DNA of 63,954 nucleotides, the filler included, from Octopus bimaculoides (taxonomy: Eukaryota), in assembly GCF_001194135.2 (NCBI RefSeq). It is 5 parts of 4 records of this genome, joined end to end, with 100 filler letters (N's around TTAATTAATTAA, not from the genome) between each part and the next. Parts side by side here need not be neighbours in the genome. Positions count along the whole stretch, not along the records: positions 62,954 to 63,954 come from NW_026374412.1; 4 more parts are not named here. The stretch is one strand, 5' to 3'. Made by a program: the position numbers and the translations under genes. The notes beneath the pieces are model-generated. The model ran no database searches and was not told where the DNA came from. It was given only the letters and a program-made list of their open reading frames with translations. How positions within the stretch are numbered: position 1 is the stretch's first letter; each line of letters begins with the position of its first letter. Shown here one piece after another: positions 63,310 to 63,954 of this stretch.

Positions 63310-63954
63310 TTTTTATGCATTCTGTATCGATTCTGTACAAGGCTTTGTATAATGAAGCACATGTACCCGCGGATTATGATGTTTGGTAGGTATTCACATA
63401 TTTTATAATTTAACCAAACCTTTTTACTGGTCCACCGAGACTTATGGAAGGAGAAGAGGAAATTATCCTCAAACCAGAGAGATGTGGCCCCAAATGTTTG
63501 TAAAAAGGTAGATTCTACTAAGGTACAAAAGAGCAAAGAAATGGTTTTAAACCAAGCAATAGTTTATTTCAAATACCCAATAATTTCTTCCATGATTCTA
63601 CATCAACTCTAAAGGGTTAGATAAATAAAAACTAGTGCAAAAAGGTTACAATGAGCTTTCATTTTAAGGAAACATTTTAACAATCACAATACAAAACTCC
63701 TTAAATCCGACAAACCACGACAGAAAAACTCTGGTTGTGACCTCATAACATGCATGATGAAATCATATTTCCGGTGCATTGATAAACCAACGCATCAAAA
63801 ACTAGCATGGTACAACATCGTAGAAATGTAAGCATTTAAAACAAAAAGGGAAGAAAAAAGACACATTAGTTGTGTATTATTATGATAATCATTTATATAA
63901 GTGCATAAACGTCATTGTACGGTTAACAGATTAGCTTCGAAATCACGTGGTTTC

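Overview
Repeat-saturated animal genomic DNA from a gapped short-read assembly. The SINE families and microsatellite load resemble an Octopus (coleoid cephalopod) genome; this is inferred, not searched. About a quarter of the window is N. Four artificial 100-bp linkers (44 N + TTAATTAATTAA + 44 N) split it into five separately assembled pieces, so adjacency across them is not evidence. No intact host gene, tRNA/rRNA gene or CRISPR array can be supported, and almost all listed ORFs come from microsatellites or N runs. Real coding remnants are all decayed transposons: Ty3/Gypsy pol (RNase H + integrase), a hAT transposase, and two or three R4/Dong-type RLE LINE pieces. The rest is three tRNA-derived SINE families (called A, B, C here), Helitron ends, MITEs and long palindromes. 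The most interesting signals are (1) several minimal hammerhead-ribozyme motifs in Penelope-like terminal repeats, including a mirrored pair in a 756-bp foldback; (2) two copies of a very short (174-183 bp) solo-LTR/TRIM-like family, each with a perfect 5-bp TSD; (3) a nested hAT + solo LTR + SINE insertion that can be reconstructed; and (4) a few isolated candidate exons, one with a single in-frame TGA. I found no convincing multi-gene novel system.
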